64,000 bases of DNA from contig NW_026889777.1 in assembly GCF_033153115.1 (NCBI RefSeq), positions 15,190,001 through 15,254,000 of the forward strand, read 5' to 3'. The stretch comes from Saccostrea echinata. Taxonomy: Eukaryota. The position numbers were made by a program, and so were the translations under genes. The notes beneath the pieces are model-generated. The model saw nothing but the letters and a program-made list of their open reading frames with translations, was not told the DNA's origin and did no database searches. Positions within the stretch are counted from its first letter, which is position 1, and every line of letters starts with the position of its first letter. Positions 1 through 11,679 of this stretch are shown in pieces.

Positions 1-1825
1 TTTTTCACTTTCTTTCGGTTAAAGCATATTATATTTTGATACTAGTACCCTGTCATGAACCGTGTTTTGTAATAGCCATCTGCAAAAGATAAGAGAACTT
101 TTCTGTAAAGTTACACCCCCTTATGCCAGGTACCTTACACGATGCACTGTAAGTGTATGTGAGTGCAAATAGTCTAAAAATCAATTTCATGTCAAGCATT
201 TCTGATTAAACATTCCTGATAAAATGGTCATGTCAACTGGTGATTAATTCAAAAGCTAGGAACAATTTAATGCAATTATTTTATTTAATCACAATCAATT
301 AATGTAAATATTACTGACATTTTTTCTGCATATTTCAAGAATGCATTTTAAATACGTTTGATATTCTAATTTGCAAATTAAGATTATCTACATTTCACAA
401 AACTCTTTATCAAAGCATTCCATATATATATACAATGTATATGCAACATAAACGTGGAAATGGTATACGATGTAAAGTTTGAGAAAATCCATTTATAACT
501 GTTTTCTCGGTTTTTTTTTTTATAAAATGGTCTTTGTTAATCTTAGACAATAAATATCAAAATGATATGAAAAGGATTATAAACAAGCAGTTATCGTTCT
601 AATTTGGTAGGTAAAAATTCAAAATTTACATCAATTTGACGACCAAATAAAAATAATTTTTAAATTAAAAGCATTTTATATTAAGAATATGTATTTCATC
701 AATGTTCATATACGAAACAAAAAAATAGCATGCAACTATGCAATGTTAGTAAAAGAGACAGAGTAATGAAATATATGGAGATAAGGAACAATAAATCATG
801 TTTTGTTACTGTCTTTATACTAGTTTACCAAAGTCTTTGTGTAATTGAAATATAAATTGCTTTGAACCCCTCATTGTTTCAAACCGTTAACAATTTATAC
901 TTTCAGAAACTCTATACAGCACTGTAAAATGATTTTAGACACCCAAGGTATTACATCGTACACTGGACTAAGTTTGCCTATTTCATTTTTAACAGGATAC
1001 TAGCTATTTACCCCGAGGAAATATTTTCAACATGGATTGATGGACAGAAATCATTGCTGTTTACCACTTAAATGGGAAATAAAAATGCTAATAAAGTGTT
1101 CAATTAATTAATTAATGAAATGTTATGAATGCTATACTGATTATAAATTGGCAATACACTGTAGATTTCAATCTCTTTACTGTGGAGTGTATAGGTTTAC
1201 ATGCTTTTTATTTCCCCACGAGTTTTTAACCTCTACATTATAAATGGCATTAACTGAATTTATATAACCAATGAATATAATGGTAGTTTCTTGAGATCGA
1301 TATATTTATTTGCGCAAAAAAAATTTCGATAATTTTTTACTCGAGATTTGATCGTAAAGTTGAAAGCAAATTCAAACAAATGTATATACAGTTAATCATA
1401 CAGGTAGCATGGTATTGGTTGATGGCAAAAGCAATCATTGAAATTTTACCTATAGGTTAATATCAGGCATTGAATAATGACTAAATATGTAGCATTTTTC
1501 ATAATAAATATTAATGGTAATTAAATAAATATTATTTCCATGTTAAATGTTTTGTATTTAATGAAGAAATAAATCGAACTTGTGCTTAATAAAGTTTTCG
1601 GAAATTATAACACTTGTAAAGGAAGAGAATGACACTTGGAAAAATTACCAAACTTTTATTTTTAATGTTATTAAAATGCAATAGTAGTACATAAATGGAT
1701 AAAAGACCGGTATATATACTTTTTAAAGTTCTGACAATACGAATCTGTAAACTAGTAAGTAATAATTTTATTCTAAGAGAGAAAAAAATATGAAAGTTTT
1801 GGAGGGAAAGTAATAGTATCTGGAT

Positions 1826-3019
1826 CTATGAATACACAATGGACATAAAAATTATATTCGATATTGCTATTTGAATTAAAGAGACAATAAAACACATTTT
1901 ATCAAAAAATCTTCCAACTTCAATCCAAGACACTCCGTCATTATCATCCTCATCAATGGCCACAGATTTTGTTTCCAAGCTTTCTGCAGAGTTAACTCCT
2001 TTCCTTTTCCTACGAAAACATTTCACTGTGCTTGCAATGAATCGAGGAACGGGTTTTTTGCAAGAACTTTGAATTCTAAAACCAAAGATTACAAAAATTA
2101 CAGTGATTGCACCTGTCATTACGTAGCTTACCAGAATGTAGCCAATAATGGACACATTCGGTTCTGAGGATTCAGGAAGCATGTCTTGAATTAAAGTAAG
2201 GTAAAGAACTATTGATAGTAGAACTGTGGTACTAAATCCCAATCTCTCGCCAGATTCAGGAGGAAGAATAAAGACAAAACCCAGCAGTACTGAGATTGCC
2301 AATACTGGCAATATCAGACTAACGGTGTAGTAAGCTGTTCTTCGTTTCAAATGAAGTCCAACAACAACTTCTTCATACCCATAAAGGTTTAACTTTGTGT
2401 GAGTTGTAGAAGCAGTAATTTCCCATACACCATTTTCATGATATAATTGTAAAAACACTTCTGATGTTACGAAATTGACGTTTACTTCGTATGGTAGATA
2501 ACCACCAATGAAAAATTTCATAGTACAGTACTGGGTGTCAAAAGGAAATTTGGAAACATCGGGATCACATATCACCTCCAGCACCTGAAGGGCATACCAT
2601 TCACACAAACCAGTGGAGGACACACGTACTGAAATCAGCTCACTTCCAAGCCCTCTGATGTCTTCAAAAGGATTCGTATTAATCAGGTTGGGCAGCCATA
2701 TTTTGTTTTGTAATATTATGGTTGAGTTTGTCTGATTATGGTTGGCGGGATCCCAGGAAAGTCTTTCATCAAACCACTGCTGTAGGAAGAAACCAGTCAG
2801 AGTGAATTTCCCTGTATCCATATCGAACTCGTTTATAGAAAATAAAAAGTAGGATGTGTTTACTTGAAGGGGAAATGCTCTATCTATTCCTGGTCTCAAC
2901 TCCTTATCATACCCCGTCAATAGAGACGTCCGTAAATTCTGCTCGTCCGATAAGGTATATGCGCTCACGGTTGATACCAGAGAACAAAAAAGTAAAAATC
3001 CCCGAATCACTTCTTTCAT
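1826..3019 (-). CDS. Intronless Cys-loop ligand-gated ion channel, nicotinic acetylcholine receptor-like non-alpha subunit (paralog 1, 397 aa)
   Basis: Signal peptide MKEVIRGFLLFCSLVSTVSA; GYDKELRP; WFDERLSW; IWLPNL; Cys-loop CDPDVSKFPFDTQYC (C-x13-C); pre-M1 LKRR; four hydrophobic TM segments; cation-type M1-M2 linker PPESGERL; no vicinal Cys-Cys in loop C. Confidence 0.95.
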   Translation of the reverse strand: MKEVIRGFLLFCSLVSTVSAYTLSDEQNLRTSLLTGYDKELRPGIDRAFPLQVNTSYFLFSINEFDMDTGKFTLTGFFLQQWFDERLSWDPANHNQTNSTIILQNKIWLPNLINTNPFEDIRGLGSELISVRVSSTGLCEWYALQVLEVICDPDVSKFPFDTQYCTMKFFIGGYLPYEVNVNFVTSEVFLQLYHENGVWEITASTTHTKLNLYGYEEVVVGLHLKRRTAYYTVSLILPVLAISVLLGFVFILPPESGERLGFSTTVLLSIVLYLTLIQDMLPESSEPNVSIIGYILVSYVMTGAITVIFVIFGFRIQSSCKKPVPRFIASTVKCFRRKRKGVNSAESLETKSVAIDEDDNDGVSWIEVGRFFDKMCFIVSLIQIAISNIIFMSIVYS

Positions 3020-4028
3020 TTTGATATCGCTAAGAAACAGCTAATGGATTCACTTATCAAATCCTTTCTTATGATACGCTATTGTTTACATAGATAATTA
3101 TATATTTGCGATAAATGAACAGAAATCTGCTGTTTATAAAAGTCCACCAATGAAACTGTGTCGTTTATGAAAGGTCTTCAATGACTTTAAATGCTTGTGT
3201 GCAGATTTATTTAAAACTCTTTAAACATCAAATCCCTTCCATTTGATATTGAGAAGGTCATATTCTAATTAATTATGAGCATTGACTAGAGGTCTTAATG
3301 GTATTAAACCTGAAAACGTTACTTTAACAGTAGTATTAGATCAGTACAAAAGAACCTAAAATTCACTTATCCCATTTGTGAAGGTCACAAGATTTTATAA
3401 AATTTAATTTTATAATAGCATTAAGTTTCATCAACAAATTAAATGATGAAGTACCGATCAGAAGTAAATCTCTCATTTTTATCTTGTGCCACTTGCATAC
3501 ACTTCTCAACAATGTTTATAGTAAATTTGTAAATTTTATCAGCCGACAAAGATATTCAGTGTTATAAAATAAAACTACTTTATGAAATCTTCCGAAGGTA
3601 AAAATAAAAGTATAGGAATATAATTAGAAGAGGTTATTTTGCGGATGCATAATTCTGTAAATGGTGCATTTTTGTAACGATATACTTTTAAGACAAACAA
3701 GTGTTCATTATGACCTACTGAAGTTCAGGATACTTCAAAGTTATTGATTTTTAATTTACTTACGTATATGCTATCGATATTATAAACAACATAAAGGAAC
3801 TTTGAATGAACATATTCTCATGTATATCATTATGAATATTTCTTTATCTTAAACCTAGCCCTAAATTATTTTACTATTTAATTGCTCGGTCACTTTGTTC
3901 TTTGAGTTATATTCTTTGCGTAAAATAAAATAAGCTCAATGCTCAAAATATGTTTATAAACAATATCAAAAGTAATTCTTTTATTAAGAAAACGATTCGA
4001 GTCTTGACAATGGCTCCTTATAAATAAA

Positions 4029-5228
4029 CTATGACAACACAATTGAAAAATACGTAACACACGTTAAAGTTAACTGAATTATCAAACTAATGAAACACAC
4101 GAAATCGAACCACTTTCCAACCTCATACCAGGTCACATGTTCATCGCTTTCTTCGTCATCCACTGGTCCAGATTTTTCATTTATCGGTTCTACGGTATCC
4201 TTTTTCTTTCCTCTCCTGCGACAACATCTAACAAGTTGAACAATGCTTTGTGGTACAGGCTTGTCGCTTGGACAATTCTGGATCCTCAAACTTATGATTA
4301 CAAGTACAACAACAAAAGCCCCACTGAGGACGTAGCTAACAAGAATGTACCCCAGAATTGAAATGTTCGGTTCTGAAGCTTCTGGAAGCATGTCCTGGAC
4401 TATTGTCAGATATACAACGATAGATAACAGTACCGTGATGGAAAATCCTAGTCTTTCTCCGGAGTCATGGGGCACAAGAAAAACAAATCCCATCAGTCCT
4501 GCGATTGTTGTTATTGGTAGAACAAGACTTACAACATAGTAAGCTGTTCTTCGCTTAAGATGCAAACCAACAACGATTTCTTTATATCCATACAAGTTTG
4601 ACTGTGTATGGGTTATAGAATCCGCGATTTCCCAGATACCGTTTTCTGTATATAGTGTTAAAATAATACCTGATGAAATGAAATTCACATTTACTTCATT
4701 TGGTTGATAACCCCAAATGAAGAATTTCAGCGTGCAGTACTGAGTGTCGAAAGGAAAATCAGTTACATCAGCATCACATATGACTTCGAATGCTTGGAGA
4801 GCGTACCAGTCACAAAGTCCTGTATAGAAAACGATAACTTTAATCAAGTCGCTTCCTAATCCTCTGATGTTTTCATAAGGATTAACATTGATCAAATCAG
4901 GAAGCCATAGTTTTTGCTGCGGGATTGACGTGGAGTTTGTCTGATTGTAGGTGGTTAAATCCCAAGAGAGTCTTTCGTCATACCAGTTGACTTGGAATAC
5001 ACCAGTGATGGTCAATTTTCCTGTATCTAGATCGAACTCCTTGATTGAGAACAGATAAAATGATGCGTTTACTTGGAGAGGATAAGTTCTGTCCGTGCCT
5101 GGACGCAGGTCTTTATTATATCCTGATAGCAAGGCCGTATGTAGATTCTGCTCGTTTGTTAAAGTATATGCATAAACAAAGTCATCCATAAAACAAATAA
5201 AAAGTATTTTGAAGAGGAGATGCTCCAT
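4029..5228 (-). CDS. Intronless Cys-loop ligand-gated ion channel, nAChR-like non-alpha subunit (paralog 2, tandem duplicate)
   Basis: Colinear with paralog 1 (YTLTNEQNL, GYNKDLRPG, CDADVTDFPFDTQYC, LHLKRRTAYY, PHDSGERLGFSITVLLS). The track start at 5264 is a GTG; the ATG at 5228 (MEHLL...) aligns with the paralog-1 start (an alternative ATG is at 5249). Confidence 0.95.
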   Translation of the reverse strand: MEHLLFKILFICFMDDFVYAYTLTNEQNLHTALLSGYNKDLRPGTDRTYPLQVNASFYLFSIKEFDLDTGKLTITGVFQVNWYDERLSWDLTTYNQTNSTSIPQQKLWLPDLINVNPYENIRGLGSDLIKVIVFYTGLCDWYALQAFEVICDADVTDFPFDTQYCTLKFFIWGYQPNEVNVNFISSGIILTLYTENGIWEIADSITHTQSNLYGYKEIVVGLHLKRRTAYYVVSLVLPITTIAGLMGFVFLVPHDSGERLGFSITVLLSIVVYLTIVQDMLPEASEPNISILGYILVSYVLSGAFVVVLVIISLRIQNCPSDKPVPQSIVQLVRCCRRRGKKKDTVEPINEKSGPVDDEESDEHVTWYEVGKWFDFVCFISLIIQLTLTCVTYFSIVLS

Positions 5229-6399
5229 TTTATAATTTGCGAGAATCATAATCCGATTTGACACTTTCTAGAGTAAAATAGTTTCAACGCTTTTTTATAT
5301 TCAGAAGAGAAAAGAAATGTAATCTCACACTGGACAAAACATTTTAAATCATCTATTATGCCTTCAACTGAAAACCATTAAAATCTAGTCGTCCGTTTAA
5401 CAATGTCCGTCTTCGTCTGGTAAATCCTTTGTCCTTAAGACAATGTCATGGTGCACAATTTCTGATTAACATTGGGACATCGACTTTGTATACATTTACA
5501 TTCTATATTCTAATATATTGATTTTGGTAAACCTTATATGTTTAAAATTTGATGAACAAATATGTATTTACTTCCTTTGGACTACTGATCTATAAAATAA
5601 ATAATTAAATAATTAACAAGCGTTCTTCATTTCTCCCGATGTCTCTATTTAATTTACAAGTCAAACACTGACAGGAATAAATACGGGTCCCTTTACTCTT
5701 CATTTCTTGGCAAATATTATCCGTTTCAGTGTTTATAGATATCGATCTGTAGTGCCCCATAATCAGTTAAAAAAGCAAATACATCAGCGGACATTATTTA
5801 TGTATATGTACTTTTTTATATTAAAGGGACATGCTCTGTTTAAAGGGACCTGGACACAGTTGCATTGCCATTCAGTTTACAATTGTATATTTCTATTTTT
5901 ATTCCAAAAATAACTTCAGTTTAATTAATTGAACTTACATAAAAATTCTTAAACAATATATGTCTGTGTTCGGAAACATGGGCACGAGCTTTCTTATTGT
6001 AAATGTTTACGTTTTACTGGATGTGTTCAATTTGTAACTCTACACACATCGCGTTGGTCATGCTTTCTCCTATTTCTACTCTGAGTTTTCTGGATTATAG
6101 TTTTGACATTTTTCATTATACGAAATTTAGGTCAAGTTTTACTTTGTGAAAGTGAAAGGATGTGTGTCAATCAAAAGCGTCCCGAAATTCATACTTTTAA
6201 TAATTTTCAGATAAAACACGTTTCAAAACATGCTTTTATAATAAATCAGTCTGAAATGGTATTAAAAAAATGTAATTCATGATATTATACCAAACATTTT
6301 AGAAAACATTAACATCAAATCTGTGTCAAAACCTCTTACGACGTGAACATTCATATGAGTTTAATGGCAAAAGCCATTTTTTGCTATGGGAAACCCCAA

Positions 6400-6895
6400 A
6401 TAACTGTCCGATCATAACATAAAAAGGGGTGCACAATGGCACTATATAATAAAGATTGTGAGTAAATCTCATTATTCAATGGTAGAAGAGAAGTTGAGGA
6501 TAAGAAATTGGTACCCCCAATATTATAGAAAGAATGGCAATTATGTCCATTTTTTGCTATTATAAACCTCGAATATCTGTCCGATCATAACATAAAATAG
6601 GAGGTGCACAATGGCAATATATGTTCTAAAGAGTCTGTGAAATTCTCATGAAGTTATTCAGTGGTATATGAGGATTTGCGGGAAAAATATGGGTACCCCC
6701 TCCCTCCACAATGTTACATGTATAGAAAGAGTCTGGTTAAAAAGTACAATAGGAGGTGCACAATGGGACTATGTAGTGAAGGTTCTGTGAGAGTCTCATT
6801 AAATTTTAATTAGTGCTATATGAAGAGCTGTTGATAAGAGATGGGTACACCCATGTACTAAAGACGTACGGACGTACGGACGGACACCCCCATTT
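6400..6895 (+). mobile_element. Helentron-type non-autonomous element remnant with about three ~170-bp internal subunits and an ACGG microsatellite
   Basis: Degenerate units ctgtccgatcataacataaaa..ggtgcacaatgg recur near 6404, 6577 and 6750, followed by acgtacggacgtacggacggac at about 6864-6885. This layout is typical of bivalve satellite-bearing non-autonomous Helitron/Helentron elements. Confidence 0.55.
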
Positions 6896-7713
6896 TTCAA
6901 GATATATACGTTGTCATTAAGATCCTCAATATAAGAAATGTCGTTTTGAAACTTCATCAGGGACATTATGCCTATGAAAGTAAATTAGTAGTATTCTGAA
7001 TGGGGAAGCTAATTCGTATTAAACCATGGTGTACATATTTTACAAAGAGTTAAAATATATATATAAATTGGATGATCTGATATGAAATACTAGTATACAG
7101 AAATATGAGTTACATGTACATGTATCGTGCATGGTTAAATGATGAAAATTGTAGGCTTGAATATTTGAAAAATGTCGAATTTTAAAATTAATGGATACAT
7201 TTTTGTGTAAAACACTTGCATGAGACAGGAATCATTTTATCAACATTGATCAACAGGATTTATGTATCGTTTCAGGACAGAATTTTACCCTTTTAAAGCA
7301 GATGAAGGATATGTGATATTCATCAGAGTGAAGTCTTAAAAGTAATTGCATTAATTCTAGCAAATGAGCAGGACGTCTTTAATTACGAAGAAAACTTATC
7401 AGTGCGTTTCAATGAGATCGGGTTCTGATTTGGAGGCCATATTACATCGCCGGACATCAATTAGGGATATTCTCAAGAGTTATTTTCTAAATGCTGTGTT
7501 TTGTAGCAGATTAAGTTATTTTAATGTTCTCCTTTCTGTAAGTATTTTGATATTGTCCCCTTTATAACAACTGTCAAATGATTGGATGTAGCTTCGTGAA
7601 TTGAAGTCTTAAAAATGATTCTTGGAAATATTAAATCAAATTTTATTAACCAAAATGACAGAAAATCAAAGAACGGAGCACAAATTGCATTAATAGAACT
7701 TTCATTTACATTT

Positions 7714-10700
7714 ATGGATGTCGATAATAAATTAATTCTTAAAGACAATTTTCTGGATCGATCGAATGGACATAAATGTTTTCCGTCGATTGTGACGTCA
7801 GAAGTATCGGACGTTGTATATGAAGAAAATGAAAAACAAACTACTTTTCATCCACCCAACGCCGATAATCAACAAGGTGTATATTCCAAGAAAACTTCTA
7901 AAGGTAAGTGCCAGTTTTAGTGGAAATCGAAATAATTTCCTATAATAATGAAATGGCCGTTAAGTTAATGATTATGAATATTTTTACTGAGCGATGTAGT
8001 ATGTGTCTACATATAAATCACGACATCTGTATACATATCAAGTTATTGCAGGTTGATTTTTTCATTCCGAAGACCCATAGCAGGCGAAGATTTTTTTTCC
8101 GTTAATTTTAAGAGGAAATTCTCATTCAAAGGTCTGTTGCTCCGTTCCCAATTTTTCGCTGTTCTATTTTAGAATTTATTTATTATAATTATGAGTCCTT
8201 GCCAAAAAAAGCAAGATTCTCCACTTCCAATCTAAAACACAACAAAAATAAATTGAACACGTCTAAAAATACGTACACCTTTAAAAAGGTAAACTTTTAT
8301 CATTTAGAAGATACTGTTTTAATTTTTTATACCAGACTATGGGTGTGTTGCTCCATGTTCAGTTTTAGATTGACTGTCTATTTTGTGACTTTTGAGAAAA
8401 TCACTGTCCTTGATTTGAACATCACAGTTGAACTGAGCATGGTAGTTGTATCATGATGAGCTTATAATCGAATTTGAGTTTAACCAATGAACATGTACAT
8501 GTACCATTAATCGTCTCAGATGTAATGTAACGGTCTTGTAGGATAGGCTTTTCCCTCTACCCCCCTCCCCCTCCCCGGAAAACTGGCTCTAGAGCAGGAT
8601 CCCCCTTCGGAAAAAAGGCTCTAAAGTAGGATTTCCCTCACGGAAAATGACCCTAGAGTAGGATATCCCCTACGGAAATCCCACACCAGATTCAAATTTT
8701 CCGGGTTAAATCCCTATCTGTTTTATAGTTTGATTTCCACCAAAGCTAAATTTCCAATACAGCATCATACCTTTTCCTACATATGAGGGAAGAGGGGACG
8801 ACACATTGTCTTAAAGTGCCCGTATTCAATTTTCTCACAGGTGCTCCCGCAGTATACCATCTTAAAGAAACTTCACAAAAATTACAAACAAAAAGTCTTG
8901 AGCATTCAACATCTTAAAGTTTTAAAATGGCAATCGATTCCATTAAATCATATGAAGTATGAAAATTGAAAATTTTATATTTCATTTTTCCTCTCTCTGT
9001 AACCACCCAACCGATTCTTTAAAGCACTGAAGTCATTTTCTTTGTGATTGATCAAACTGGTTTCTGAATAAAATATGGCACAATGTACTAGTAATCGGTT
9101 GGACAAATTTTTAACTGTAGCCACGGAAACAAAAAAGAAGGAATTTTACCTTAATTTTATTTTTAATTATATTTCAAACTACGTGTACATAATATTGAAG
9201 TGTGTGTCTCTCCCAAGTTTTAAAAATTCATGTACAAAAAAATACCGCTGCGCCAAGAGAGGTGTTAAGACATCGAGTCTTACGATTTTTTGAGTGACTT
9301 ATTTGAAAAATTGCCTTTGAGTTAAAATATTGAGTTTAGATTAAATGAATTAATCTACATATTTTTAGACATAATAGATTCAAACAATTCTGGGGTCAAA
9401 AACAGTCAGTTTTTTTATTGACGTCAGTTGACTCTTTTGTACACTTTAAGCCAAAATACTGCCTCTGTGATTTTTGCATTAATAAAATAGTGGAAATCCT
9501 ACTCTTAGAAAGAGCATGGAATTTGGCTCTAGTGTGAGATTTCCCCTCGGGGGAAGGCCTACTCTAGAGTACAGATTCGGGGGGGGGGGGGGCTGGCTAG
9601 GGGGGGGGGTACTAGTATTTCTCCACAAAATGCTACATCTGTCTTTTGGGACATACATGTAAATAGTACCAGAATTACAATTGATTAAATTTTCTTTTTA
9701 ATATTGAAATTGATTTGGTTACTGTGAGGTTCATAATTTTCAGAAATTTAGGAATGCTCTCAAGTCTTTCGCAGTAGTTTTTTTAATATATTAAAATATT
9801 GAGCAAATCTATGTTTAAGTTTGTTTCAGAGAGCAAACACTATGTGAGAAGATCCCTAACAAATAAAGGTAAGGACTTTGACGATAATAGATTCAGTGAA
9901 ATAGGTGAATATAACGAACAGTGGTTGATTTAAAAATAATAATAATAACCTGTGAACAATACAAATATGTGATCAGGAATGAAAACACGGATCCCCGGAA
10001 ATTCCAGAAGTGGGATCAGATGCCTAGGAAGAGTTAGCATCCCCTGTCGACCGGTCACATCCGCTGGGAGCCCTATTATTGACGGAATAATCTGTATTTA
10101 AATTTAGTATAAAAACAAAAGCTTAACAATTGGTATGAAATATGTCAATCAAAATACGACCCAATGATAGGTTATATTTGTTTACAAGGTCATTATAATG
10201 GCCATAACATTTGTGAAATGCTGACTTTAAGCGAGATTGTTCAAATCCCTGTAACATCAACTTATCTGTCAGAAGCCTGCAATAGCAATTAAAAATCATG
10301 TGTAAGCTTGGATATTGGGGGGGGGGGGGTTGATGTTGGTTAATTTGAAGTTTGAAATTGCACGAATATTTAACATGTCTTTTAAATACCCAAAAAATGA
10401 GTAACAGAACTATTGTTTTCGATAAATTCACTTTCTTGTATATTCATTGTTTTCAAATTTAAAATAGCTTTCAAATATACATGTGTATATATTTTCTACT
10501 TGTTTTTGTCCGTTTGTTTTGTATTAGAGTTACCTTCAAAGGATACCAAAACAAACAAAACAATTGTTAAAGCATAAGGTGGTGTACTATGTAGCACGAA
10601 CTAAGCTTTGACTTTTTCGAAGTACAACGTATATAAATCTTGAACTTCATGTTCTGAATATAAATGATCCGTCCTGATCGAATTCTACCTTTAGCTTATG

Positions 10701-11519
10701 TACAAAAAAGCATTTTCCAAATTTTGATATTGTATACAATCACTTTAAAGACAGTGCATAGTTTTCCCGTTACAGTCTTCCTGTCCACTCCCACTCAGCG
10801 GCGCTTCCGGACAACTTTCTCAAGAGGTCAATTATGTGAGCTAGAGGGCGCTTTCCTACAGACTCAATACCCGGATGTATTCCAAAGAGAGCTTCTTGCT
10901 ATGAAACTTGATCTGACTGAATCAAGAGTTCAGGTAATTCGCTTGCTTTCTATTCTTCTTAATGTAATTACTTCATCTAGGATACATTAACAACGATGCG
11001 TTATAACATTCGTAATACATGAAAAATTTCCCCAAACATTAAAGTTACTATTTTTGTTAAACTTATTCTTTTTTACAGGTTTGGTTCCAAAATAGGAGAG
11101 CAAAATGGAGAAGACAGATGAAAGTCATGATGACCTCAAAAGACAGCAAAGGTAAAACACATTTGTTTAGAGGGGGCAAGAAAACATTGCAACATTGTAG
11201 CATGTTTGTACCTACTGTCGAACTCTGGGAAGAGTCAGTATCATTAGAATTCGTCTTCTATGTTTATTTTATTTTTGTTTTAGTTGATACAAATTCACCT
11301 GCGTTGCCTCAAGTGTATGACATCAAGCTTCTCGAATCTGCGGAGAAAGCAAACGACCTGTACCCGTCACCAGCACCATTTGGAAATTTATCCGGCATGC
11401 AATATGACCGGAAGCCGAGTTTATACTACCATACACCTCTCAATGAATTCGACGATCGTTATGGAACGATCGGCCTACCTTCAGCCAACGAGGAGAGAAA
11501 CTTTCTAATTTTAAATTAA
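7714..11519 (+). CDS. PRD-class Q50 (aristaless/Arx-like) homeobox gene, 5 coding exons: 7714-7903, 9830-9868, 10776-10933, 11079-11151, 11284-11519 (~231 aa)
   Basis: All junctions are GT-AG and phase-compatible (1,1,0,1). Homeodomain [46 protein letters not shown]|[14 protein letters not shown] carries the classic PRD-class intron between VQ and VWFQN. The start codon and first two exons are less certain than the homeobox exons. Confidence 0.85.
8517..9640. repeat. Probable non-autonomous DNA transposon remnant in homeobox intron 1 with ~32-bp subterminal repeats
   Basis: Tandem ggctctagagcaggatcccccttcggaaaa-like units at about 8585-8680; related ctctag motifs at 9497-9575; short agatgta...tacatct inverted ends. 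Boundaries are approximate. Confidence 0.35.
9905..10285 (-). mobile_element. Penelope-like retroelement 3' fragment (intronic)
   Basis: Translates to [39 protein letters not shown], homologous to the RT C-terminus at 11.7-12.8 kb and 62.2-63.2 kb. It also carries the shared 3' motif (reverse complement of gtgaccggtcgacaggggatgct...ctgatcccac). Confidence 0.75.
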
Positions 11520-11679
11520 ATTTTACTACATTTATCTGAAATATGAATTTTTCTCTAGTTACTTTTAAAAAGTTTATTATACACTATATGTCCTTGTATA
11601 GTATCTACAACTGCAGGTTGCTATTTATTTTTCTGGCTTGAATTTACTAAATAAATTATGTCACTTGCACTTTTCATCA

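Noticed and set aside
1826-5228. Soluble acetylcholine-binding protein or alpha-subunit call
   Set aside because: Both proteins have four TM segments and lack the loop-C vicinal cysteines.
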